Below, piece after piece: positions 28,005-37,648 of a stretch of DNA of 51,499 nt. The stretch comes from a virus: the UHGV virus genome UHGV-1870764, one strand, 5' to 3'. The position numbers were made by a program, and so were the translations under genes. Each line of letters starts with the position of its first letter. Within the stretch, counting starts at the first letter, position 1. The notes under the pieces are model-generated. The model saw nothing but the letters and a program-made list of their open reading frames with translations. It searched no databases and was not told the DNA's origin.

Positions 28005-28649
28005 ATGAGATTTGAAGAAATGAAAGTTGCAGAGTTAAAACAGGAGTCAAGAAACAGAGGACTCACATTAGAAAGCAAAGGACATAAGTTTACAAAACAG
28101 GAGCTGATTGACAGACTTAATGCTTATGAGAATGAAGTTGTTGAAAAACATCCAGAATCAAACAACGAGGATAATGAAGCATGGATTGAAGTAAAAAGCG
28201 AAACAAAGGTAGAAAAACAAGTTGAAACAAAAGAGGTTAAAACAAGCACAGATGAAACAGAAGAAAGAAAATTTGCAACACTTGAAGAAATCGAAATGAA
28301 ATATGGTTCAAGAAAAGAGCAGAGAATTTATGATAATGTTTTACAGGTTGGGTGCATGATTTGTTATGTTAGATTTATTGAAACAAAACACGGAAAACTT
28401 TTAAAGAAGTTGGGAACAGCAAAAGTTGTCGGAGTAAATAGAAGAAAGGAGCTTGTAAGAGTACAGACACCAGTAGGAGAAGAGAAAGAACTAACATTTG
28501 ATGAACTTATTTTCATTCGTGATGTAAATGTCAGAACATATCCGAAAGATATCAATTCAGTATTATATGCACAGAGACAGGCAGCAAAAGAATACAAGGA
28601 AAGGACAGGACAGAAGAATGAATACAGCACAGATAGAACAGAGCGTTAG
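28005..28649 (+). CDS. HeH/Rho-N-domain protein (N-terminal SAP-like DNA-binding motif)
   Basis: MKVAELKQESRNRGLTLESKGHKFTKQELIDRLNAYE fits the Rho_N/HeH consensus. AAAGGAG RBS. Confidence 0.5.
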   Translation: MRFEEMKVAELKQESRNRGLTLESKGHKFTKQELIDRLNAYENEVVEKHPESNNEDNEAWIEVKSETKVEKQVETKEVKTSTDETEERKFATLEEIEMKYGSRKEQRIYDNVLQVGCMICYVRFIETKHGKLLKKLGTAKVVGVNRRKELVRVQTPVGEEKELTFDELIFIRDVNVRTYPKDINSVLYAQRQAAKEYKERTGQKNEYSTDRTER

Positions 28650-29154
28650 AAGATTATATGAAGCACAGCAAGAAAAAAAGAAGTTTGACCAATATTACGA
28701 TGAAGTGAGAAAAAAGGAACAGCTTGCAGTTACAAATTTTATGTTTACAAATCTTCCAAAAGGAGAAGAAACTTTTGATATTGAGTTAAAAGATGGGATG
28801 AACTATTACACAAACCATGTGAAACTTAAAGTAACAAAAGTTAGAAGAAAGAAGCTAACATGGAAGTTTGAAAAGTTAAAACAAAACATTTCAAAGCAGT
28901 TGTATAAAACAGTTATAAACAAAACATACAAAGTGAATGATATGGATGGACTTATTAAGTATTTGAAACAGTGTGGAGTAGATGCGAAGAAGTTCAAAAA
29001 GTTCATTGATGTTGAAGAAAGTATGGACGAAACAAAGCTAGATAGAATGTATGAAACAGGCAAAATAAGTAAAGAAGATAAAGCACAGCTAGGAAAATGT
29101 TGTGATGTTGAAATATCAGAGCCATACATTAAGATAACAGAACAGAAAGGCTAG
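28618..29154 (+). CDS. hypothetical protein
   Basis: ORF starting at an internal ATG of track ORF 28528. It overlaps the preceding gene by 32 nt. GGAAAGGA RBS-like element. Confidence 0.35.
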   Translation: MNTAQIEQSVRRLYEAQQEKKKFDQYYDEVRKKEQLAVTNFMFTNLPKGEETFDIELKDGMNYYTNHVKLKVTKVRRKKLTWKFEKLKQNISKQLYKTVINKTYKVNDMDGLIKYLKQCGVDAKKFKKFIDVEESMDETKLDRMYETGKISKEDKAQLGKCCDVEISEPYIKITEQKG

Positions 29155-29164
29155 AACAAGATGC

Positions 29165-30127
29165 ATGATAAGAACATATGGAGGAAAGGAACTTGCGAAA
29201 GTATTAATCTATTATGGAATTGTTGAAGAAATAACAACAACAGAGTTTAATATTATATGTCCTTTCCATGATGATATAAACCCATCAATGCGAATTTGTT
29301 TAGATGATGGAACATTTTTTTGTTTTGGATGCGAAGCGAAAGGCAATGCATTAGATTTTGTTATGAAAGCACATCCGGAGCTAAATGACCTACAGGCATG
29401 TTGTTTGTTAGAACAAATATTACATAGTGATAAGATAGAAAAGCTACAAATAAAGGTAAAAAGAAAGCGCAAGAAACAAAGTAAGCAAGCACTGATTGAA
29501 GCAAAGGATTATTATTATGGATTAAAAACAACAGACTGGAATGAAGCAAACAGCAAGGATGAAAAACAAATAATTGAATATATGAAGAAACGTGGATTCA
29601 ACAAACGTGCATTGAATGTTTCAAAGTGTAAATACAATTACAATGTTGCATATCCATTTATATTCCCAATATTGGACAATGGAAAGTTTATGGGATGGGT
29701 GGGGAGAACAATGAACCCGCATGTTGAAAAGAAAAGAAAGTATTTATACAATGAGGGATTCAGAAAGCGTGATACATTATGTGGAACATACGAAGAGAAC
29801 TGCATTCCATATATATGCGAGGGATACATGGATTATTTAAGCCTTAAAACAAGAGGTCATATAAAAAATGTTGTTGCAATTCTCGGATGGCATATATCAG
29901 ACGAACAAGTAAACAAATTAAAACAAAAAGGAATTACTACAGTAATGTCTGCACTAGATAATGATGAATGCGGAATAAAAGGAACAGAGTATTTAAAGCG
30001 GTTTTTTAATGTGATACGCTTTGATTATCCAGTTGATAAAAAGGATGTAGGGGAAATGTCAGAGGAAGAAATAAAAGCTGCTAAACAGCGTTTTAGGAGG
30101 GTCAGAAAGCATGGTGCTGAAATATAA
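29165..30127 (+). CDS. DNA primase (CHC2 zinc finger plus Toprim)
   Basis: CPFHDDINPSMRI...CFGC zinc finger. Toprim-like EGYMDYLSL...ALDNDECG. Confidence 0.7.
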   Translation: MIRTYGGKELAKVLIYYGIVEEITTTEFNIICPFHDDINPSMRICLDDGTFFCFGCEAKGNALDFVMKAHPELNDLQACCLLEQILHSDKIEKLQIKVKRKRKKQSKQALIEAKDYYYGLKTTDWNEANSKDEKQIIEYMKKRGFNKRALNVSKCKYNYNVAYPFIFPILDNGKFMGWVGRTMNPHVEKKRKYLYNEGFRKRDTLCGTYEENCIPYICEGYMDYLSLKTRGHIKNVVAILGWHISDEQVNKLKQKGITTVMSALDNDECGIKGTEYLKRFFNVIRFDYPVDKKDVGEMSEEEIKAAKQRFRRVRKHGAEI

Positions 30128-30494
30128 AGTAACTTGTAAAATGAATTTGTATCATAAAGATACATTGGAAAAATTAACGATTGACAGAACGGTACATGGA
30201 GAGTATAATGAAGAAAGTGAAGAGTACAAACTGATTTGTAGTGAATACGAAACAAAATTCGGATTTATGCGTAATGAGGACAAAGCAAGTTTTGATGAAA
30301 TGCTTTTAACCGAACTTGTAAAACAAGCAAAACAAGTTGTGAAAGATTCAGTTAGTAATATAGCAAATGTTATAAAACAATGTTATCTTAAAGATGCAAA
30401 TGCATATATAGAGTTCGGTGGCTATATCATAAATCCAAAACAGTTTTGTGCGGTAGAAATCGGTGAGTATAAAACAAACATATCAAAAGAATAA
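30111..30494 (+). CDS. hypothetical protein
   Basis: An AGGAGGG RBS 10 nt upstream of the ATG. Confidence 0.4.
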   Translation: MVLKYKVTCKMNLYHKDTLEKLTIDRTVHGEYNEESEEYKLICSEYETKFGFMRNEDKASFDEMLLTELVKQAKQVVKDSVSNIANVIKQCYLKDANAYIEFGGYIINPKQFCAVEIGEYKTNISKE

Positions 30495-30507
30495 AAGGAG
30501 AAACAAC

Positions 30508-31311
30508 ATGGGAAAAATTAAGTTATCAGACATTAAAAGTGAAATCAGTAAGAGTGGAACAAGTAAAGGAAAATTCATGTTTTTCAAAGAGGATTCTAAA
30601 GCAAGAGTTCGTTTCTTAACAGATATGGAAGATGGTTTAGAAATCAAGTTCCATGATAGTTTTGTTTTAGGTGTAAACGTTCCATGCCAAGAGGAATTTG
30701 GCAGAACTTGTGAGTATTGCGAAGATGAGAATCTGAGAACACGGAAAATGTACCTTTGGAGTGTATACGATTACGAAAGTAAAGAAGTAAAACTGTTAAT
30801 GGCGGCAGTTAATAATTGTTCACCAGTTCCAGCACTTGCTTCATTGTATGGAACATATGGAACACTTCTTGATAGAGACTATGAAATTAAGAGAATTGGT
30901 AAAGGCCAGAACACAACATATTCTGTTATTCCATTAGACAAAGCAAAGTTTAGAAATAACAAAGTAAAGCCATTGTCTGATTCAGCAATTTTAAAATATA
31001 TTGACAAGGCATATCCATCTGATAACAATGAAGATTTTGATGAAGAGGATGAACCTAAGAAGAAATCAAACAAAACAAAAACAAAAGCTAAAACAAAAGT
31101 CGAAGAAACAGATGACTGGGACGAAGAAGAGGAAGAAACAAACGATTATGAAAGCATGAAACCACAGGAGCTTTACAAGCTGTGTAAAGAGCGTGACATT
31201 GATTGTAAACCGAAGAAATCAAAAGAATATTACATTGACCTTTTGGAAGAAGCAGACGAAGAAAATGATTCTGACGATTGGGATGAAGAAGAGGACGATT
31301 GGGAAGAGTAA
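30508..31311 (+). CDS. single-stranded DNA-binding protein, T4 gp32-like (Zn-binding) with C-terminal HeH motif and acidic tail
   Basis: H-x11-C-x8-C-x2-C (HDSFVLGVNVPCQEEFGRTCEYCED) matches the gp32 Zn site. C-terminal KPQELYKLCKERDIDCKPKKSKEYYIDLLEE HeH motif, ending DDWDEEEDDWEE. Confidence 0.5.
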   Translation: MGKIKLSDIKSEISKSGTSKGKFMFFKEDSKARVRFLTDMEDGLEIKFHDSFVLGVNVPCQEEFGRTCEYCEDENLRTRKMYLWSVYDYESKEVKLLMAAVNNCSPVPALASLYGTYGTLLDRDYEIKRIGKGQNTTYSVIPLDKAKFRNNKVKPLSDSAILKYIDKAYPSDNNEDFDEEDEPKKKSNKTKTKAKTKVEETDDWDEEEEETNDYESMKPQELYKLCKERDIDCKPKKSKEYYIDLLEEADEENDSDDWDEEEDDWEE

Positions 31312-31334
31312 AACAAAATAAAGTTATATGTTAG

Positions 31335-31360
31335 GGGTTGACAAAATCAACCCTTTTGTT
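31335..31360 (+). terminator. rho-independent terminator overlapping next promoter
   Basis: GGGTTGA-CAAAA-TCAACCC followed by TTTTGTT. Confidence 0.6.
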
Positions 31361-31365
31361 ATAAT
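31338..31365 (+). promoter_or_regulatory. sigma-A promoter (TTGACA-N16-TGtTATAAT) embedded in terminator hairpin
   Basis: TTGACA at 31338-31343 and TATAAT at 31360-31365. Confidence 0.55.
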
Positions 31366-31400
31366 TAAGTAGAACATAGAGAACAGAAAGGAAGATATAA

Positions 31401-32594
31401 ATGGGAAATTTTTTCGATTTACACAGGCACACAGAATATTCATTGTTTGATGGGTTTGGAAAGTCTATAAATTTAGCAAAACACGCAAAGGAATTAGGCT
31501 ACAGAGCATTAGGGATAAGTGACCATGGAACAATCAGTGGATTAATAAAACATTATCAAGCATGTAATGAAGTTGGAATAAAACCAGTTATGGGATGCGA
31601 AATATATTTCCAACCAAAATTCAATAAAGAAAATCCAAAAAGAAAGAGTTACCATTTGAACTTGTTTGTGAAGAATTTGCAAGGATATAAAAATTTATGT
31701 CACATTATGACAGAAGCAAACACAAAACAGTTCTATTATAAACCAATAGTTGATTTTAAGTTACTTGAAAAATATTCGGATGGACTTATATGTACGACAG
31801 CTTGTATAGCAAGCGCAACGTCACAAGCTATTTTAAATGGTCATAGAAGCACAGCAGAGCGTTTATTGGATAAGTTTAAGGAAATATTCAAAGATGATTT
31901 GTACGTTGAAATACAGCCATATAAGATAGATGCACAGGGTACACAGCAAAGAACAGACTATGAACTTATGGGAATGGCAAAAAGAAAGAAAATAAAATGT
32001 ATTCTAACAAGTGATTCACATTTTGGAAGTAAAGAAGATTTTGACACATATTGTAAAATGCACGAAATCGGAAAAACAACATTGGATGTAAAAAGAACAT
32101 ACAGTGAAAGGTATATGCCTACAGAATATGAGATAACAGAACGATTTGCAAACATCTATAAAAAGAAGTTTAAAAAGCCAATGGAACTTGCAGAACGATT
32201 TGCAGATAACATGAAAGAAATATATAACAAAGTAGAAGATAACATACTAGATGGGTTAGAGCTAGAACTTCCTAAAATATCAGATGATGGAGCAAAACAA
32301 CTCGAAACATTAACAAAACAAGGATTGAAAAACAGAAACAAATGGAATAAAGAATATTGGAAAAGATGTAAAGAAGAATTGGAAGTAATCAATTATCATG
32401 GTTTTGCAGACTATTTCCTTATTGTTAGAGATTACATAACATGGGCGAAAGAAAATGGAATTGAAACAGGAAAGGGAAGAGGTTCTGTATGTAATTGCCT
32501 CGTAGCTTATGCAGTAGGAATTACAGAAGTAGACAGTATAAAATATAACCTTGATTTTAGCAGATTTATGAGAAAGGAAAAGAAGTCATTGCCT
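31401..32594 (+). CDS. dnaE: DNA polymerase III alpha (DnaE-type) exon 1: PHP domain and palm N-part
   Basis: PHP motif DLHRHTEYSLFDG. It ends ...FMRKEKKSLP, immediately before the conserved PDIDLDF block, which resumes at 33418. Confidence 0.7.
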
Positions 32595-33417
32595 AAACTT
32601 AATTGGGCATCATTCGTGAACATTGCTTAATGGTGTGTATTATTATAATATGCTAACGGTATCAGAAAAATAAGACTCCTTATTGAAATGTTACAACAGG
32701 ATAATAGGGCATAGACCATAGACGAATAATCTGACTAAGAAACCCTAAACCAGTGACGGTGAGATAGAGGGAATACCGTGCCAAGTCTATATAGAAAGGA
32801 AGTGAATTAGATGTTTAAAAGTATGGAAGAGTTTGACCACCATTCAATAGATGAATATGGAAATGTTTTAAATGAGAAAACAGGAAATATATTAAAACCT
32901 TATGTTGGAAGTGGCGGTTATTTATATGTGAAGCCATGTGAAAACAATATAACAAAACATTTGTCAATACATAGAGCAGTAGCAAAATATTTTTGCAAAG
33001 GATACAAACCAGAGCTAGTTGTTGACCACATAGATGGGAATGTAAAGAACAACTATTATGAAAATCTTAGATGGTGTAAGCAAGCAGACAATTTGAAGTA
33101 TGGATATGAGAGAAGAAAAGATACACCATTCAGAAATTATAGACCATGTAAATTGTATGTTGGAAATAAATTGATAGATGAATTTCTAAGTATAACAGAA
33201 GCTGTGGAATATGCAGAAAAACACTACAATGTTAAAAGAGCAATGTTACACAAACATCTAGTTTATGGAAATGTTCGTATAGAAAGGTGTAACGACTAGT
33301 TTGTGAAGAGAGTAACAAGTGTAGGAATGGAGATAAGCACCATTCCGAAGTGCGAATGCCACAATAGTGGAAGATATAGTCTAGCCTTGATAGTTTGGAA
33401 ACGAACGACTAAGGTAG
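32595..33417 (+). mobile_element. group I intron 1 in dnaE carrying HNH homing endonuclease (boundaries approximate)
   Basis: The exon ends in U. A candidate internal guide sequence GGGCA ~14 nt into the intron pairs with the exon end TGCCT. The intron ends in G just before GATATTGAC. About 180 nt of non-coding sequence flanks the ORF with stops in all frames. Confidence 0.6.
32811..33299 (+). CDS. HNH homing endonuclease (intron-encoded)
   Basis: VVDHIDGNVKNNYYENLRWCKQADN is an HNH motif. It has its own RBS AAAGGAAGTG. Confidence 0.7.
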   Translation: MFKSMEEFDHHSIDEYGNVLNEKTGNILKPYVGSGGYLYVKPCENNITKHLSIHRAVAKYFCKGYKPELVVDHIDGNVKNNYYENLRWCKQADNLKYGYERRKDTPFRNYRPCKLYVGNKLIDEFLSITEAVEYAEKHYNVKRAMLHKHLVYGNVRIERCND

Positions 33418-34494
33418 GATATTGACTTAGATTTCGAACGAGATAGGAGACAGGAAGTAATTGATTATGTTATAAACAAATACCCAAACAAAGCAATACA
33501 AATTTGTTCTTATGGTATGTATGGAGTTGATAATCTTGTGAATGATTTGGCTAGTGTTTGTAATCTAAAAACAACAAAAGATGTTGATTGGTTTGAAGCA
33601 GATGAAAATAAAAAAGTGATTGCAGAAATTAAGTCATATATTAAGGGATTCATAGTAGATGATGAACTGAATATGAGTAACCTATTAAATGGATACAGAA
33701 CAGAAGAGTTTAATGAAAAATATGATAATATTATAAAACATTTCTCAAAACTTTATGGCAAAATAAAGTACCTTGGAAAACATGCGGCTGGTGTTGCAGT
33801 AGTCGGTACAGACATAAGTGACTATACTTGCATTATTATGCGAGATAGAAAGACAGGAGCGTTAAGCAGTTGTTTTGACAAAGATGATTTAGAGCATATT
33901 AATTGTGTAAAGTTTGATATGCTTGGACTTAAAACAATGTCAGAAATGCGTGAGCTAAGAGAGAAAACAGGGCATGAGATAACAGAAGAGGATGAAGAAA
34001 GCGAAGAAGTTATAGAGGGATTCAGAGAGGGAAGAACAGATGGAATATTTCAGATGGAGAAGTCAGCACCTAAAAAGATTCTTGACATGATTCAGTGTGA
34101 TTGCATTAATGATATTATAGCGGTGAATGCATTAAACAGACCAGCACCATTACAGTTACATATGCATGAAACGTACGCACATAACAAACTCTCTGATAAT
34201 GTTGATAAGAACACGCCGTATTATAAATATACACAAGAAACATATGGAACAATGTTATACCAAGAGCAAACAGTTGAAGTAGCACAAAAGGTTGGACATT
34301 TAACACCACAGCAGAGTTTTGATATGTTAAAGATTATGAAGAAAGCAGAGAACTTAACAAAGCCGGAGTATATTCCAATCATTGAACAAATGAAAAAAGA
34401 TTTCTTTAGAGGATGCAAAAAAGAGGGACTGACAAAAGAACAAACAAATAGTATATGGGCGAGTATGCTCATATATGGATTTAACCGCGGGCAT
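33418..34494 (+). CDS. dnaE: DNA polymerase III alpha exon 2 (boundaries approximate)
   Basis: It begins DIDLDFERDRRQEVIDYVINKY, in frame with track ORF 33517, and ends ...IYGFNRGH, corresponding to the E. coli GYGFNKSH block. Confidence 0.65.
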
Positions 34495-35640
34495 AGACTT
34501 AAAAAGTTGAGTGCAGTATACATGAAAGTGTGTGCTTAAAATCTCCGAAAATGCTGGGAATCCTTAAAGCCAAGTGGACTAAAACATATGCTGAAAAGCA
34601 AAGTGTGAATGTTGAAGAAATTCAGAAAAAATCATTTGGATGCTATAGGCTGAAATAAAATCAATTGACAAATTGTGCTAAGTAGTATATAGTATATGTG
34701 AAAGCATAAACTAAACAATAGGTAATCAGCAGTCAAGTTTACGGAGGTATTATATAATGTGTAAAAGAAAGCTAACTATAGAACAAGAGTATGAACTAAA
34801 GGAGCAGTATGAAAGCGGTTATACTGTTCAGCAGTTAATGGCTAAATATGGATTTAAAACAAAGAAAAGTATTTATGATATTGTGACAAGACGTGGTGGA
34901 CAAATGAGAACTTTTCAAGAAACACTTACAGTGAAGAATCCGAAGAGAGATGTAAGTTTTAAAAGATTGGATGAACCTTTTAAGGCATATTTTGTTGGAC
35001 TGATGATGACAGATGGTTGGGTACATGGGAATCAAGTATATTTATCAATGACCGACAAAGATGTAATTGAATTTGTGTGTAATTATTTTGGGAAAGAGCC
35101 ATACATTGTGCATAAAGATGGTAATCGAAAATTACAGTATCGTTTTGGATTTGGTTCTAAGAAATTAGTTCAAGAACTAAAAAGATTTGGAATTGTAGAA
35201 AGAAAGAGTCTGACATTACAGCCGCCTAAATTGAAGAAATCAGAAGTCAAGTATGTTAATTATCTTATTAGAGGGGCGATTGATGGAGATGGATGGATTC
35301 GGAAAGATGGTGGGGAGTTTTTCTTGTGCTCAATGTCAAAAGATTTTCTTGAATGGTGTAAACGGGTATTGGAAAATCATTTTAATTTTGTACCATTAAA
35401 TTTCAGAAGAGAGCAAAATGGAGTTTGGGTTATACGAACTTCTGATGAAAGAAATATGATGCTTTTATATATTCATATTTATTATAGTAGTTTCGGAATG
35501 GCACGAAAATATAATAAACTCGTGAAAAGATTCAGAGAGCATAATGGAGAGGACTAAGGGCATAATGCCTATGTCTTAGGTGTGCTCCAAACCTTAACAC
35601 ATTTAGCGTAGTGTGGCTTGTGAAAGCAAGTGAGGTATTG
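34495..35640 (+). mobile_element. group I intron 2 in dnaE carrying LAGLIDADG homing endonuclease (boundaries approximate)
   Basis: It interrupts the conserved GFNKSH|SAAYALVSYQ region. The exon ends in U, and the intron ends in G before TCAACAGGATAC. Confidence 0.55.
34757..35557 (+). CDS. LAGLIDADG homing endonuclease (double-motif) with N-terminal HTH (intron-encoded)
   Basis: Two LAGLIDADG motifs: AYFVGLMMTDGWV and YLIRGAIDGDGWI. Own RBS GGAGGT. Confidence 0.7.
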   Translation: MCKRKLTIEQEYELKEQYESGYTVQQLMAKYGFKTKKSIYDIVTRRGGQMRTFQETLTVKNPKRDVSFKRLDEPFKAYFVGLMMTDGWVHGNQVYLSMTDKDVIEFVCNYFGKEPYIVHKDGNRKLQYRFGFGSKKLVQELKRFGIVERKSLTLQPPKLKKSEVKYVNYLIRGAIDGDGWIRKDGGEFFLCSMSKDFLEWCKRVLENHFNFVPLNFRREQNGVWVIRTSDERNMMLLYIHIYYSSFGMARKYNKLVKRFREHNGED

Positions 35641-36090
35641 TCAACAGGATACGCTTTAATATCAATAGACCAGATGTATTACAAAGTACATTACCCAACA
35701 CAGTTTTGGTATGTTAAAATGAAGTATGCAGATAATGATGCAGATATATTTAAGTATTCGCAATTTGCAGTAAAAGATGGTGCTGTGGTTATGCTACCGC
35801 ATGTAAACTACTCAGCTAAAACTTCATTGCGTAAAATGGATGGAGAGGACGTTATACAGCAAGGGTTGAGTATTATTAAGGGTATCGGAGAAAAAGCCGC
35901 AGAAACAATAGAAGAAGAGCGTAGAAAGGGTGTGTTTAAATCATATGATGATTTCTATGATAGATGCAAAGGAAGAAGCGTTACAACAAGAGTGATTGAT
36001 ATTCTAAAAGAACAGGGCGCACTTGAATTTAATAAAAACAAATATATGAGCAGAGTTGTAAAATATAACAGCACATTAATGGCGAGGTGA
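35641..36090 (+). CDS. dnaE: DNA polymerase III alpha exon 3 (C-terminal part; start approximate)
   Basis: STGYALISIDQMYYKVHYP aligns to the E. coli SAAYALVSYQTLWLKAHYP block. Track ORF 35611 starts with GTG inside the intron. Confidence 0.6.
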   Translation, partial: STGYALISIDQMYYKVHYPTQFWYVKMKYADNDADIFKYSQFAVKDGAVVMLPHVNYSAKTSLRKMDGEDVIQQGLSIIKGIGEKAAETIEEERRKGVFKSYDDFYDRCKGRSVTTRVIDILKEQGALEFNKNKYMSRVVKYNSTLMAR

Positions 36091-36249
36091 AACAAATGGA
36101 TAGATGTGGAGGTTGCGAGTACGAAAATGATGGAATATGCACAGCAAAAGGGAGAGAGTGTAATTCAATAGTTTTTTTGTGACGTAATAACAAATAAAGT
36201 GAGAGAGGAAGTGTCGAAAGCACCTACTATTGAAAAGGAGAAAACAGAT

Positions 36250-36582
36250 ATGAAAAGAATAGAAACAAACAAACATGATAATGTAAACCACCCAAAACAT
36301 TATGATGGGAATTGTAGCATTGAATGTATTGATAACATGAGATTGATTTTTGGGAATCAGAGAGTAACTGATTTTTGTATTGTAAATGCATATAAGTATT
36401 TGAGCAGATATAAATATAAAAATGGTCATGAGGATTTAAAAAAAGCAAAATGGTATCTCGACGAAGCAGAGGTTTTGAAATTAACAATGGAAACAGATTT
36501 TGATTATGGAATATTTGACAAGCTCGTAGATTTATGTAACAGATATATGGAGGAATATACACATGTCAAAGGGAATGAATAA
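36250..36582 (+). CDS. DUF3310-like phage protein
   Basis: NHPKHYDG...IECID...NAYKYLSRYKYK...DLKKAKWYL matches the conserved HPxHY / NAxKYL pattern. AAAAGGAG RBS. Confidence 0.55.
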   Translation: MKRIETNKHDNVNHPKHYDGNCSIECIDNMRLIFGNQRVTDFCIVNAYKYLSRYKYKNGHEDLKKAKWYLDEAEVLKLTMETDFDYGIFDKLVDLCNRYMEEYTHVKGNE

Positions 36583-37483
36583 AGATGGAATATTAAAACT
36601 TATGTCAGAGATTGACAAAAAGGAAAAAGGAAGTGTTTACAGTTTAGGAAGTAAATCGGATGCACTTAAAATTCCAAGATGGAGTACAGGACTTGTTGAC
36701 CTTGATAACATTATTGGTGGTGGAGTTCCTAAAGGAAGAGTCATAGAGATATTTGGTGCAGAGAGTGCTGGAAAAACAACATTAGGTTATCAGCTATGCG
36801 CCCAGCATGATATGTGTTTGGATATTCCGATCGAGGGAACATTCGATGGAGAGAGAGCAAAGCTATTCGGAAACAGACCAAAACAAATGATTGTATATAG
36901 AGCAAGATATGGAGAAAAAGCATTTAACAGGGCAATAAGGTTTGCGGAAGAGGGAATACCGCTTGTTATGATTGATAGTGTACCATCAATGCAACCAAAG
37001 GATGATATCGACAAAATCAGAAAAGCGGTAAATACAGACAGTGAACAGGAAATGCGTATCGGTGGTGTAGCTAGGTTGATGGACAAGTATTTACCAACAC
37101 TTGAGGATGTAATAGAACAGACAGGAACAACAGTTATATTCATTAATCAGATTAGAGACAAAATGAATGCATTACCTTTTGGAGATAATATACAAACTCC
37201 GGGCGGTCATAAATTAAAACATAGTGCATCACTCAGAATACAAGTAGCAAGAAAAGGTTATATTGAAATTCCTAATCATAATCCATTCAATACAGAAGCG
37301 AAAGAGCGTATAGGAATGATTATGAAAGTTAAAGTTGTAAAAAGTAAAGTTTGTAATCCAATGCAGAGCTGTGAAATCCCATTATTCTATGAACGTGGTT
37401 TTGTTGATTTTGCAGACCTCGATTCTGTTAGAAAAGAAATTATGGATGAACATAAGAAAAAGTACAAGGAAATGTTAGAGTGA
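36563..37483 (+). CDS. RecA-family recombinase (UvsX/Sak4-like)
   Basis: LDNIIGGGVPKGRVIEIFGAESAGKTTLGYQL is the canonical RecA N-terminal core with Walker A. Confidence 0.75.
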   Translation: MSKGMNKDGILKLMSEIDKKEKGSVYSLGSKSDALKIPRWSTGLVDLDNIIGGGVPKGRVIEIFGAESAGKTTLGYQLCAQHDMCLDIPIEGTFDGERAKLFGNRPKQMIVYRARYGEKAFNRAIRFAEEGIPLVMIDSVPSMQPKDDIDKIRKAVNTDSEQEMRIGGVARLMDKYLPTLEDVIEQTGTTVIFINQIRDKMNALPFGDNIQTPGGHKLKHSASLRIQVARKGYIEIPNHNPFNTEAKERIGMIMKVKVVKSKVCNPMQSCEIPLFYERGFVDFADLDSVRKEIMDEHKKKYKEMLE

Positions 37484-37648
37484 TATTTTATTGTATAGTA
37501 TTTAAGCGAACTTATACAAGCGGTGGAAGTGCAGAACATAAATTCTTCTGTTATGCTGAGACAGAAAAGAAAGCAAGAACAAGATTCTGTACAACTACTG
37601 GTTTGAAACAAACAAACATATTATCTATTTCAGAACAGGGAGAAGAAA

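Noticed and set aside
31401-36090. Inteins as the explanation for the interrupted DnaE
   Set aside because: The inserts are not in frame with the polymerase. They carry stop codons in all frames around stand-alone endonuclease ORFs that have their own RBS. U/G exon-intron boundaries and a possible IGS fit group I introns.
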